The notes beneath the pieces were generated by a model. That model was not told the DNA's origin. It did not search any database and worked only from the letters and a program-made list of their open reading frames with translations. A stretch of 64,000 nucleotides of DNA from Prevotella sp. Lineage in GTDB: Bacteria > Bacteroidota > Bacteroidia > Bacteroidales > Bacteroidaceae. The stretch covers positions 37,243-101,242 of the forward strand of contig JAXEKN010000055.1 of NCBI GenBank assembly GCA_034101015.1. The letters are read 5' to 3'. The position numbers were made by a program, and so were the translations under genes. Shown here piece after piece: positions 29,056 to 38,900 of this stretch; position 1 is the first letter of the stretch, and every line of letters begins with the position of its first letter.

Positions 29056-29547
29056 ATGAAGAACTTAAGATTTTTGTTAGCCATCGCACTAATCATGGCA
29101 TGTACTGCTGCTTCCGCGCAGCTTCCGTCCGTAATGCTCAAGACCCTTGACGGCAAGACCGTTGACACATCTAAGCTCAACAACGACGGCAAACCGTTCA
29201 TCATCAGTTTCTTTGCCACATGGTGCAAGCCCTGCAACCGTGAGCTGAAAGCCATCCATGAGCAGTATGCCGACTGGCAGGATGAGACTGGTGTCAAGCT
29301 GATTGCCATCAGTATCGACCAAGCCCAGAATATCAATAAGGTTAAGCCTCTCGTTGACAGTGAGGAATGGGAGTATGAAGTGCTTCTCGACCCCAACAGC
29401 GAGTTTCGCCGTGCATTGGGCGTGCAGATGATTCCCCATGTCTTCATTATCGGCGGCGACGGCAAGATTGTCGAGTCGCGCTCCGGATATACCGAGGGCG
29501 GCGAGAACCATCTCATAGAGAAGGTCAGGGAACTTGTAAAGAATTAA
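29056..29547 (+). CDS. TlpA/ResA-like periplasmic thioredoxin-fold oxidoreductase
   Basis: FFATWCKPCNREL, AISIDQ, IPHVFIIG; signal peptide. Confidence 0.92.
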   Translation: MKNLRFLLAIALIMACTAASAQLPSVMLKTLDGKTVDTSKLNNDGKPFIISFFATWCKPCNRELKAIHEQYADWQDETGVKLIAISIDQAQNINKVKPLVDSEEWEYEVLLDPNSEFRRALGVQMIPHVFIIGGDGKIVESRSGYTEGGENHLIEKVRELVKN

Positions 29548-29600
29548 AGAATTAAAATATTGAAAAATTAAAGAATTAAAGAATTAAAAATATTTTAATT
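29538..29600 (+). repeat. AT-rich octamer tandem (AAAGAATT-like, about 6 units; a duplicated ~32-bp block)
   Basis: Read directly across the TlpA stop codon and up to the next ATG. Confidence 0.6.
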
Positions 29601-31283
29601 ATGGGAATAACACCATTCGCCTTTAGGACTTTTGGCTTTATGCTTGCGGGACTTGTGCTTTCTTCCTCTGCCTTGGCACAGGAAGGGCAGAAGAGCGACC
29701 AAGTGGTGGTGCACGGAAGCATACAGAGCGACATCCTCTTACCACAAGAGGACAATAAGATAGGTACCGGCACCTATAAGGACGACGTGCTGACCAATAC
29801 ATACGCCGACCTCAGCGTGGCATACAAGCAGTTTGAGGTGGGCGGACGGTTCGAGTTTCTCGAACATCCCCTCCCAGGATTTGAGAACGACTTCAAGGGT
29901 TGGGGTGTGCCGCATTTCTATGCCAAGTATAACCCCTGTGCCGAACTGGAGGTTACATTGGGAGATTTTTACGACCAGTTTGGCAGTGGTTTCATATTCC
30001 GCTCCTATGAGGAGCGCAGCCTTGGAATTGACAATTCCGTCAGGGGAGTGCGCATCGCAGCCACCCCGCTGAAGGGAGTGAGATTCAAGTTTATCGAAGG
30101 CGTGCAGCGCCGCTATTGGGACTGGGACACCGACTCATGGATAACGGGTACTGACCTTGAGGTCAACCTCGACCAATACAGTCAGAAGATGCGCGACAAT
30201 AACATCACATGGATGGTAGGCGGCTCATACGTTCTGCTCAACTATGACAAGGACAAGCAGATACTCGTCCCCGGCACCAACTATGAGCTTAATATGCCAT
30301 CGAATGTGCATGCCTTCGACCTCCGTTCGAATCTCACCATGGGCAACTATAACATCCTTGCCGAATACGCATGGCGCTCACAAGACCCGTCGTTCGACAA
30401 TGGTTATATCTATCGCCGCGGTTCAGCCGTGATGCTCTCGGCGTCATATTCGTCGCGCGGCATGAGTGCCCTCATTCAGGCCAAGCGCAGCGAGAACATG
30501 TCATTCCGCTCCCAGCGTTCCGTCAATGGCATCTCGGCATTCCTCAACAACATGCCCGCATTCGCCTACCAGCATACCTACGCCCTGCCTTCGCTCTATC
30601 CCTATGCCACACAGGCGGCTCCCGGAGAATGGGCATTCCAGGGAGAGTTTGGATATAACTTCAAGCGCAAGACTCCTCTCGGCGGTAAGTACGGTACGAA
30701 GATGAAACTTAATATCAGCCATATCCGCGGATTGCAGAAGACACCGGTTGAGCCTGTCAACGGCACACTGATGGGCACCGACGGCTATGAGACGAGTTTC
30801 TTCAAGATGGGCAAGCTCTACTATCAGGACATCAACGTGCAGATGGAGAAGAAGCTCTCGAAGAGTTTCAAGCTCAACCTCATGTATATGAACCAGCAAT
30901 ACGACAAGACTGTCATTGAGGGTGAGGGCGGCATGATCAAGTCGAATATCGCCGTGGCTGAGGGAAAGTACCAGTTTAACAAAAAATACACGTTGAGAGG
31001 CGAGGTGCAGTATCTATGGACAAGCCAGGACCAGGGCGACTGGGCATACGGACTGCTCGAACTGTCTGCCCTGCCTTATCTGATGTTTACAGTCAGCGAC
31101 ATGTGGAACACAGGCGAGACCGACCTGCATTATTATATGGGCAGTGTGACAGCCACCTATAAGGCCCACCGCCTGATGGTGGGCTACGGTCGCACTCGCG
31201 CTGGCTACAACTGCTCCGGCGGAGTATGTCGCTATGTTCCTGCAAGCAAGGGTCTCAACGTATCGTATAATTTCACATTCTAA
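29601..31283 (+). CDS. Outer-membrane beta-barrel protein, DUF6029-like, with a C-terminal Cys pair
   Basis: Signal peptide; alternating beta-strand pattern; FGSGFIFRSYEERSLGIDNS; tail RTRAGYNCSGGVCRYVPASKGLNVSYNFTF ending in an aromatic residue. Confidence 0.75.
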   Translation: MGITPFAFRTFGFMLAGLVLSSSALAQEGQKSDQVVVHGSIQSDILLPQEDNKIGTGTYKDDVLTNTYADLSVAYKQFEVGGRFEFLEHPLPGFENDFKGWGVPHFYAKYNPCAELEVTLGDFYDQFGSGFIFRSYEERSLGIDNSVRGVRIAATPLKGVRFKFIEGVQRRYWDWDTDSWITGTDLEVNLDQYSQKMRDNNITWMVGGSYVLLNYDKDKQILVPGTNYELNMPSNVHAFDLRSNLTMGNYNILAEYAWRSQDPSFDNGYIYRRGSAVMLSASYSSRGMSALIQAKRSENMSFRSQRSVNGISAFLNNMPAFAYQHTYALPSLYPYATQAAPGEWAFQGEFGYNFKRKTPLGGKYGTKMKLNISHIRGLQKTPVEPVNGTLMGTDGYETSFFKMGKLYYQDINVQMEKKLSKSFKLNLMYMNQQYDKTVIEGEGGMIKSNIAVAEGKYQFNKKYTLRGEVQYLWTSQDQGDWAYGLLELSALPYLMFTVSDMWNTGETDLHYYMGSVTATYKAHRLMVGYGRTRAGYNCSGGVCRYVPASKGLNVSYNFTF

Positions 31284-31298
31284 CCAATTTTGTTATAT

Positions 31299-32087
31299 AT
31301 GAAAACAAGCAAGATAATCCTCTCTCTCGCCCTTGCCGCCACCGCCCTTGGCTTCACAGCCTGCGACGAAGTCGATGAGGCCGACCGCTTCAAGGAACTG
31401 GGAAAGATTGAGAGCAAGCGCAATGTGCTCATTGAGGACTTCACCGGACAGATGTGTACCAACTGTCCCGACGGACACAGACTTATATCAACACTACAGG
31501 AGCAATATGGCGAGAATATTATTGCCGTGGGCATTCATGCTGGCAGTTTTGGTATAGCAGAGAATTCCATGCCTGGTGTTATAGGACTTATGCGACCCGA
31601 GGGTGACGAATATGCCAAGAAATTCGGGGTTGAGTCATATCCTTCAGGTATCATAAACCGCAATACCACTACACTTAAATATACAGAATGGGCAGCTTCT
31701 GTACGTTCAGAGATGGAGCGAGAGTCCTACCTGAATATCCTATTATCTGCAAAGGTGGATAATGGAAAGATTGTCATTTACTCCGAATTGCAACCTGCCA
31801 AAGACATCAAAGGCAAACTCCAAGTATGGATTACAGAGAGCAATATAGTAACGCTACAAGTGGATAATGGCAAATATCTTATGGATTATGTCCACAACCA
31901 TGTATATCGCGCCTCTGTAAATGGAACATGGGGTGAGGACGTGAGTCTTAAGGCTAATGTCTTCAATAACTCCACACATGAGATTGAAGTGAGAGACGGG
32001 TGGAATGTGGATAACTTGTCGGTTGTGGCTTTCGTATATAACGACAACGATGGAGTTTGTCAAGCCGTGGAGTGCAAGGTTGAATAA
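31299..32087 (+). CDS. Omp28-family lipoprotein (thioredoxin-like CxxC)
   Basis: Lipobox FTAC; VLIEDFTGQMCTNCPDG; YPSGIINR; HNHVYR; LSVVAFVYN. Confidence 0.85.
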   Translation: MKTSKIILSLALAATALGFTACDEVDEADRFKELGKIESKRNVLIEDFTGQMCTNCPDGHRLISTLQEQYGENIIAVGIHAGSFGIAENSMPGVIGLMRPEGDEYAKKFGVESYPSGIINRNTTTLKYTEWAASVRSEMERESYLNILLSAKVDNGKIVIYSELQPAKDIKGKLQVWITESNIVTLQVDNGKYLMDYVHNHVYRASVNGTWGEDVSLKANVFNNSTHEIEVRDGWNVDNLSVVAFVYNDNDGVCQAVECKVE

Positions 32088-32120
32088 ATCACAAATTATT
32101 AATCAAAAAAGATATTAGTT

Positions 32121-32726
32121 ATGAAGAAGCTATTTACACTTATTACATTATTTGCCATGGCAATGGCTGTCAATGCACAACTTCATTTTGTGTATAACAA
32201 CGAGAATGTAGCCAATGGCGCAACTATTGTATCTGACAAGGTACATATGGAATCACTTATTCCTGGTGTACTTGAATTGTATCAATTTAAACCAGATGTA
32301 TTCCTCAAATCTGAAAAGGCTGGCAATATTACAGTGACAGGTGAATTTGTTGATGAGGCTTACAGTATATGTTGGGGGTCACAATGTAAATCACTTGACC
32401 CCGCTAATCTAACTCAATATGTAAATGGGACTCTTGAAGCAGGGAGCAATATAGACCTTCAAATCCACTCTGTCGATGTACAATCAAGAGATGCCCTGAA
32501 GACAACAACCGTGAAAGTGTCAGCACAATATGACGGTGATGCATCATCGAAGATTACTGCTACATTTATCCTGTCTTTAGACCCATCACTTGGTGTTAAT
32601 GAGATTCAGGCTTCTGATGACGCCAACGCTCCCGTCAAGGAGTATAATGTTGGCGGTCGCACAGCCTCAGGCAAGGGACTGTCCATCATCAAGCGCGGCA
32701 AGAGCGTTAAGAAGATAATTAAATAA
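32121..32726 (+). CDS. Small secreted protein with T9SS-type C-terminal domain
   Basis: Signal MKKLFTLITLFAMAMAVNA; tail GVNEIQ...YNVGGRTASGKGLSIIKRGKSVKKIIK. Confidence 0.7.
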   Translation: MKKLFTLITLFAMAMAVNAQLHFVYNNENVANGATIVSDKVHMESLIPGVLELYQFKPDVFLKSEKAGNITVTGEFVDEAYSICWGSQCKSLDPANLTQYVNGTLEAGSNIDLQIHSVDVQSRDALKTTTVKVSAQYDGDASSKITATFILSLDPSLGVNEIQASDDANAPVKEYNVGGRTASGKGLSIIKRGKSVKKIIK

Positions 32727-32744
32727 AATCAAGTCGGCGTGATA

Positions 32745-32789
32745 GCGGGTCAGCGGGGACAAGTATGTCCTTCTGACCCGCATTTTTTT
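32745..32789 (+). terminator. Intrinsic terminator
   Basis: GCGGGTCAG/CTGACCCGC stem followed by T7. Confidence 0.85.
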
Positions 32790-32793
32790 AGTT

Positions 32794-33762
32794 ATGAGAA
32801 AGATATTCGACCTATTCAAGAGAGAGAAAAAGCCAGTCAAGGGACTCTTGGCGGTGGAGTGGGTGATGATGGCCTATCTGATTACCACCACGCTCATCGT
32901 CCTGTTTGCATTCACCAAGGCAGACAATCCCACGGGTATGTTGTGGGGCAGGGTGCAGATTGTGGTGATGACCATCGCCCTGTGGGCGGTATATCGAATG
33001 TGGCCATGCCGCTTCACCCGTCTATGCCGCATACTTGCCCAAATGGCGCTGTTGTCATGGTGGTACCCCGACACCTACGACATCAACCGTATGTTTCCCA
33101 ATCTCGACCATCTGTTTGCATCATGGGAGCAGTCGCTATTCCATTGCCAGCCCTCGCTGCTTTTCTCGCAGTGGGCATCCAATGCCGTGTTCAGCGAACT
33201 GATGGACTTGGGTTATTGGTCATATTATCCGATGATAGCCGCCACTGCCCTTTATTTCTTCTTTTGGCGCTACGACCAGTTTGGCCGTGCGTCATTCATC
33301 ATCCTCACCTCCTTCTTCCTCTATTACCTTATATATATATTAGTGCCGGTCACCGGTCCGCAGTATTATTATGCCGCGGTGGGAGTGGATAATATAGCCA
33401 AGGGAATATTCCCTAATGTCCACGACTGGTTCGCCACGCATCAGGACTGCCTTCCATCCCCTGGATGGCACGACGGAATTTTTTACAATCTTGTAGCCGA
33501 CGCACATGCGGCGGGCGAGCGTCCCACGGCAGCCTTCCCGAGCAGTCATGTCGGAGTGAGCACCATATTGATGCTCCTCATCTGGTATGCCCCCAACCGC
33601 CGGCTGCTTAAGTGGCTGTTGCCATTCTATGTATTGCTATGTCTATCCACAGTGTATATATATGCCCATTACGCCATCGACGTTCTTGGGGGTTGGGTGT
33701 CGGCAACAGTGTTCTTTTATGGTCTGAAAGTCTATTGGGACCGGATTATTGTTAAAGAGTGA
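32794..33762 (+). CDS. PAP2-superfamily membrane protein (PAP2_3 / Aur1-like lipid phosphatase or phosphotransferase)
   Basis: VPVTGPQY, AAFPSSHVG, AHYAIDVLGG; multiple transmembrane segments. Confidence 0.8.
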   Translation: MRKIFDLFKREKKPVKGLLAVEWVMMAYLITTTLIVLFAFTKADNPTGMLWGRVQIVVMTIALWAVYRMWPCRFTRLCRILAQMALLSWWYPDTYDINRMFPNLDHLFASWEQSLFHCQPSLLFSQWASNAVFSELMDLGYWSYYPMIAATALYFFFWRYDQFGRASFIILTSFFLYYLIYILVPVTGPQYYYAAVGVDNIAKGIFPNVHDWFATHQDCLPSPGWHDGIFYNLVADAHAAGERPTAAFPSSHVGVSTILMLLIWYAPNRRLLKWLLPFYVLLCLSTVYIYAHYAIDVLGGWVSATVFFYGLKVYWDRIIVKE

Positions 33763-33866
33763 AAAATGCGTTGTGTTCGCACACAATAGGGTTGATATGT
33801 ATCAATATAACACGAATATTCAGAAAAAAGTGAGTATAAAATGATTGCTGAATGAAAAAATAGTCG

Positions 33867-34132
33867 TACCTTTGCAGCGTCAAAAGACAACAAGAGTGTT
33901 AGTCTTGAAATTCATAATGAGATTACATTTATTTAGGATACATCATACTTAGGTTTTTAGTTATAAAGGTTATTAGGTAATAAGATTGATTTGTTTCGTT
34001 TGATAGGTTAGTTTTTTTAGGTAAAAGATTAGATTGTTTCGGATAATACAAAAGGAGGCCGTGAGGCTGTGAATTTGGTAAATTAATTTTTTACAATAGA
34101 GTCTGGAGTTCTTCTTCAGGCTCTATTGTTTT
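33867..34132 (+). ncRNA. Candidate ~250-nt small RNA rich in TAGGT/TTAG motifs
   Basis: Promoter TACCTTTG at 33867-33874; no ORF in the ORF track; strong terminator 34093-34132. Confidence 0.5.
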
Positions 34133-34223
34133 ATATACGCTCGGTATGAGTATTGATAAGAGAATTCTGAATGGGGAGAGATACCTCTGCAAACCATAGG
34201 GCAAAAGTCGAGGTATGAGATGG

Positions 34224-34260
34224 AAAAGCGGTATGGTTTGCATCGCGCATACCATACCGC
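34224..34260 (-). terminator. Terminator downstream of susD
   Basis: GCGGTATGGT/ACCATACCGC stem with an adjacent A4. Confidence 0.7.
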
Positions 34261-34320
34261 CCAAATACTAACTACTAAATATAAACCTAAATCGAAACCA
34301 AAACTTTAATAGTATTATTA

Positions 34321-35874
34321 TTAAAAACCATTGTTCTGGGTCAATACTCCATTGCTCTTGTCAATCTCGCTTTGTGGGATAGGCAGGAGATAATCACGTG
34401 AGTCATTGAAGTTGCGACCTTTCTGCACGTCATACTTCTCGGCATAGGCGCGCATCACCTCTCCGAAGCGATGCTGACGCATCAGGTCGTCACGGCGCCA
34501 TCCTTCCATAGCCAGTTCGACACGGCGTTCATGCCAGATAATCTTTTCAAGTGCATCCTTGGATGTCTCTGTGATGTCGGGCAGTGAGGCGGCAGTCGTG
34601 GGTGGGATATATGCCTGCATATCCTTGCGCGGGTCCATTGGGTTGGTGTTGCGGGCACGCTCGCGCACCTGGTTAAGGTATTTAAGAGCTTCTTGCGACT
34701 TGCCGTTTTCATTGAGGGCCTCAGCATAGAGAAGGAGCACGTCGGCATATCTGATGAGTCGGATGTTATAGCTGATCATCCACACGTCTTCACCAGCCTT
34801 ATCGGCTATGGGCACGGTCATCTTGTAATCATGGAATCCCGTGGCCGACTGATGGTTGTCCTGACACTGGGTGTCGCCGATGTATCTGTCGCCTGTGCGT
34901 GTGAAGACGTAGGTCTGACGAGGGTCGTCAACGTCGTAGGCATCAAACAAGTCTGTTGTAGGCACATGGAAACCGTATCCCTGATAACCTGGAACATCAC
35001 GCGAGGTGAAGAAGTGGGGCACATTAGTTCCCGTGGCTATGGTCTTGTCGTAGATCTTGTTGGGGATTTCAAAGATGGACTCAGAACTGTTCTCATATTC
35101 CTTACGCCAGTTCATGCCGTAGTCAGGCAGGAGTGAGTAGTCCTTGTCCAGCTCAACGATCTCGTGGAGCACGGTTTCTGCCTTCGCATAGTCGTTGATG
35201 AACATATATGTCTTGGCGAGCATGGTCTTAGCGAAACCGCGGGTTGCCCTGTATTTGTCGGCTTCCGGGTATAGAGCCTTTGCCGGCAGTTCCTTTGCGT
35301 CGTTGAGGTCCTTCACGATCTGTGCATACACCTCGTCGGCAGTGGCGCGTGGGGTAGAGAGCACCTGTTCGGGAGTCATCGGCTCAGTGATGAGAGGCAC
35401 TCCTCCGAAGGTGGTGACCAAGCAGTAGTAGCCGAATCCGCGCAGGGCTTTTGCCTCATTGACATATCTCTGTATGATATTCTTGTCGCCCTGTGCATTA
35501 GGTGCATAATGGATCACCTCATTACAGCGGTTGACAAGCGAGTATAGGATGTTCCATCTCTTTCCCACCTGCTCGTTGTTGGTGTAGATGGTGAAGTTTT
35601 GCAGTTCCATGATGGCTGGTTGGTCGCCGTCGGTAGAGCCCTTGAGGGCGTCGTCGGTGGAGCAGTCGCCCAGTATATAGTGGTTGAGAGCATACTCGTT
35701 CCATGTCTGGCGTAGTTGCAGGTAGGCACCGGTAAGTGCCTGTTCTATCTGGCTCTCAGTCTGATAGAAGTTATCTGTTGTTGTTTTTGCGTACGTCGGT
35801 TCGTCGAGGTCGCAACTGGTCATCGAGCCACATAGTGCGAGGCTGAGGATGCCATAAAATATCTTTTTGTTCAT
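34321..35874 (-). CDS. SusD/RagB family glycan-binding lipoprotein
   Basis: Lipobox MTSC; EAKALRG.YY.LV..FGGVP; IRYADVLLLYAEALNE; ERRVELAMEG.R..DL.R; PIPQSEID. Confidence 0.95.
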   Translation of the reverse strand: MNKKIFYGILSLALCGSMTSCDLDEPTYAKTTTDNFYQTESQIEQALTGAYLQLRQTWNEYALNHYILGDCSTDDALKGSTDGDQPAIMELQNFTIYTNNEQVGKRWNILYSLVNRCNEVIHYAPNAQGDKNIIQRYVNEAKALRGFGYYCLVTTFGGVPLITEPMTPEQVLSTPRATADEVYAQIVKDLNDAKELPAKALYPEADKYRATRGFAKTMLAKTYMFINDYAKAETVLHEIVELDKDYSLLPDYGMNWRKEYENSSESIFEIPNKIYDKTIATGTNVPHFFTSRDVPGYQGYGFHVPTTDLFDAYDVDDPRQTYVFTRTGDRYIGDTQCQDNHQSATGFHDYKMTVPIADKAGEDVWMISYNIRLIRYADVLLLYAEALNENGKSQEALKYLNQVRERARNTNPMDPRKDMQAYIPPTTAASLPDITETSKDALEKIIWHERRVELAMEGWRRDDLMRQHRFGEVMRAYAEKYDVQKGRNFNDSRDYLLPIPQSEIDKSNGVLTQNNGF

Positions 35875-35907
35875 AATGGTATTCTATATTATAGTATATT
35901 AAAATGC

Positions 35908-38900
35908 TTAGAAAGTGAGGTTCACGCCAAACATATATGTTCTTGACGAAGGATATCTGGTGTTGTCGTAACCCATGTTAAGAGGACTGTTGGAGCCCAA
36001 GTCGGGGTCGAGACCGCTATATCCAGTGATGGTGAAGAGGTTCTGTGCTGACATATAGATGCGGCAGTTCTTGACATATTGCAGGGCCTTGATCCACTTG
36101 CCTGGCAGAGTATAGCCAATCTGCAGGTTTTGCAGCCTGAGGTAGCTGCCGTCCTCCACCATGAACGACGATGTGCGGAAGTTCTGGTTGTCGTTCTCAG
36201 TGGTGATGCGTGGATAAACGGCGTTGTCACCTTCCTTGCGCCATGCTTTGGTGTATGCGTCGGCAAGCGCGTTCTGATATCCAGGAGTACCGAGTGTACC
36301 CTTAGATGAATTGTAGATGTCATTGCCGATAGTACCCTGGAATGCCATTGTGATGTCAAGTCCCTTCCATTCTGCTCCAAGGTTGAAACCGAAGATCAGG
36401 TCTGGGTTGGGGTCGCCGATAAATGTTCGGTCATTGTCGTTGAGCTCGCCTTCTTCAGTCAGTTTGGCAAACTTGAAGTCACCTGGTTTGGCATGGGGCT
36501 GAATCTTTGTTCCGTTCTTGTCAACGTATGAGTCAATCTCCTGTTGGTTTTGGAAGATGCCTATCTGCTTGAATCCATAGAATCGTCCGATAGGACCGCC
36601 TTCGTATGTACGGCTGACATTGCCAGTGAGATATTCACCGTTGAGTTTGGTGACCTTCGTCTTATATGTTGACAGGTTCAAGCCGATATTGTAGTTCACC
36701 TTGCCGATGTTGTTGCGGTAGTTGGCCACAAAGTCGAAACCAGTGTTGCGCAGGTCGCCGGCATTGAAGAATGGGTCATTGACATAACCGCTGAATGACG
36801 GTATTGGTCGCTGCAGGAGCATGTCCTTGGTGTTCTTGACATAGAAGTCAAAGCTCATGTCGAGGGCATTGTGGAAGAGAGTGACGTCGATACCTATATT
36901 GGTCTGCTGGCTGGTCTCCCATTTGATGTCGGGATTACCGTTGTATGTAGGCACATATCCGGTGTGGAAACCATTGCCGAAGTACCACTGCTTCTCATTG
37001 TTGGTGCCGATGAGTGTGAGAGGAGCGTTGGCGTCGATGCGCTGGTTACCGTTCTGTCCCCATCCGGCTCTTACCTTCACGTTGTCCACCACCTTGGAGA
37101 TGCTTGAGTTTTGGAAGAACTTTTCGTTGCTCAGTCTCCATCCCAATGAGAATGAGGGGAAGTAGCCCCATCTGTTGTTCTTGGCGAAGCGTGATGAGCC
37201 GTCGGCACGGAAACTGGCGGTGAGCAGGTATCTGTCGTCGAATGAGTAGTTCACACGTGCTATGTATGAGAGCATGGAAGTGGTTTGCTTGGGTCCTGAC
37301 ACCTGGTCGCCCACGGTGCCGGCATCAAGTACGCGGTATGCTTCGTCGTTGCCTAATGCTCCACGCTTGAAGGCGTTGATGCCCTCTGATGTGTTCTTCT
37401 CGTAGGTCATGGCTCCCATCAGGTCAAGACGATGCTTGCCGAAAGTGTGGTTGTAGTTGAGTCGCTGCTCCACGAGATAATTCTGCACCAGTCCTGAGTT
37501 GTTGGTCATCTGTGTCTCCGTGTTGTATTTGCTTTCACGATTGCCAAGCATGTCGTCTGAGAAGATGGCCTCATAGATTGGCTTGAATCCGTAGAATGTG
37601 TCATGGTTTCGCTCAAAGCTGAACTGCACGCGGTATGAGAAGTCCTTTGTGAAGTTGATCTTTGCAAACAGGTTGCCAAAGACATTGAAGAGGTCGTTGT
37701 GGCGGTCGTTGAGCTTCAGCACCGATACGGGGTTGGGGTCAAATGACCATTCCGTGGGTGCCCACTTGTTGTATTCATAGTTGGCTGACGATGGGTCAAC
37801 GAGGGGATTGATGACCGGTGTGAACGGGTCGGCCTTCAGTATGAAGTCGAATGAGGGCAGGCTGTTGGCATCTCTTTTCTTCATCTTGGCGATGTTGACC
37901 ACTCCACCCACGGTGAGATATTTGTTGATGTCATATTCATGGCTCAGGCGTGCGGTGATACGCTTGAAGTCGGTCTCGATGATTGTACCCTGCTCGTCCA
38001 CGTAGCCCAAACTCAGTGAGGTGCGTGATGTCTCGTTTCCTGTGCGTATGCCTACATTGTAGTTTTGGTTGAATGCACTTCTTGTACACTCGTCCCACCA
38101 GTTGGTGCTGTAGCCCTTTTTGTACTGGTTGGTAAACTTGGTCTTGTCGAATGTGGCGTCACCGGCAAATGCAGTGGTGATATAGTCGTAGTATTGGTCG
38201 CTGTTCATCATGTCGAGAGCCTTGTAGCTGCTGCGTACACCGATGGCTGCGTCAAACGTGACGGTAGTTGCGCCCTTCTGTCCACCCTTGGTGGTGACGA
38301 GGATGACACCGTTGGAACCTCTTGAACCATAGATGGCACATGCAGAAGCGTCCTTGAGCACCTCAATGCGCTCGATGTCCGACGGGTTGATGCTTGAGAT
38401 GTTGTCCATAAACTGCCCATCGACAACGTAGAGAGGATTACAGTCGTTGACAGTGCCCAGTCCGCGCACTCTCACCACGGCGTCAGCTCCAGGCTGTCCG
38501 GAACTTGTGCTGACAAACACACCGGCAGCCTTACCAGCCATCATGTTCGACACATTGGATGTGGCATAGTTCTTGAAGTCCTTCTCGCTCATTGAGGAGA
38601 GAGAGCCGGTGAGGTCACTCTTGCGCTGCGTACCATAACCCACTACCACGATTTCCTCTATCTCATTGTCCGACTTCATCTTCACGTCACACCTTCCATT
38701 GGCATCAGCCTTGACAGTGAGAGTGACATAGCCTACGTATGACACTTGCAGTTCATTGCCCTGGGCCTTCAGCGTGAAGTTGCCGTCGAAGTCCGTTATT
38801 GTACCATTGGATGAACCTACCTCCTTGACAGTAGCGCCGATAAGCGGTTCTCCTGTAGCACCGTCGGTGACGGTACCGGTGATTGTCTTACCCTGCTGTG

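Noticed and set aside
25196-32087. Selenocysteine variants of the CxxC proteins
   Set aside because: All redox motifs are encoded by Cys codons within uninterrupted ORFs; no in-frame TGA.
19927-32789. tRNA-Leu-anchored genomic island covering the T9SS/Omp28 cluster
   Set aside because: No integrase was found and I saw no duplicated tRNA 3' end. The composition shifts are local to individual genes.
32739-33392. 217-aa alternative-frame ORF over the PAP2 gene
   Set aside because: It overlaps a well-supported gene on the same strand, begins inside a terminator, and has no motifs.
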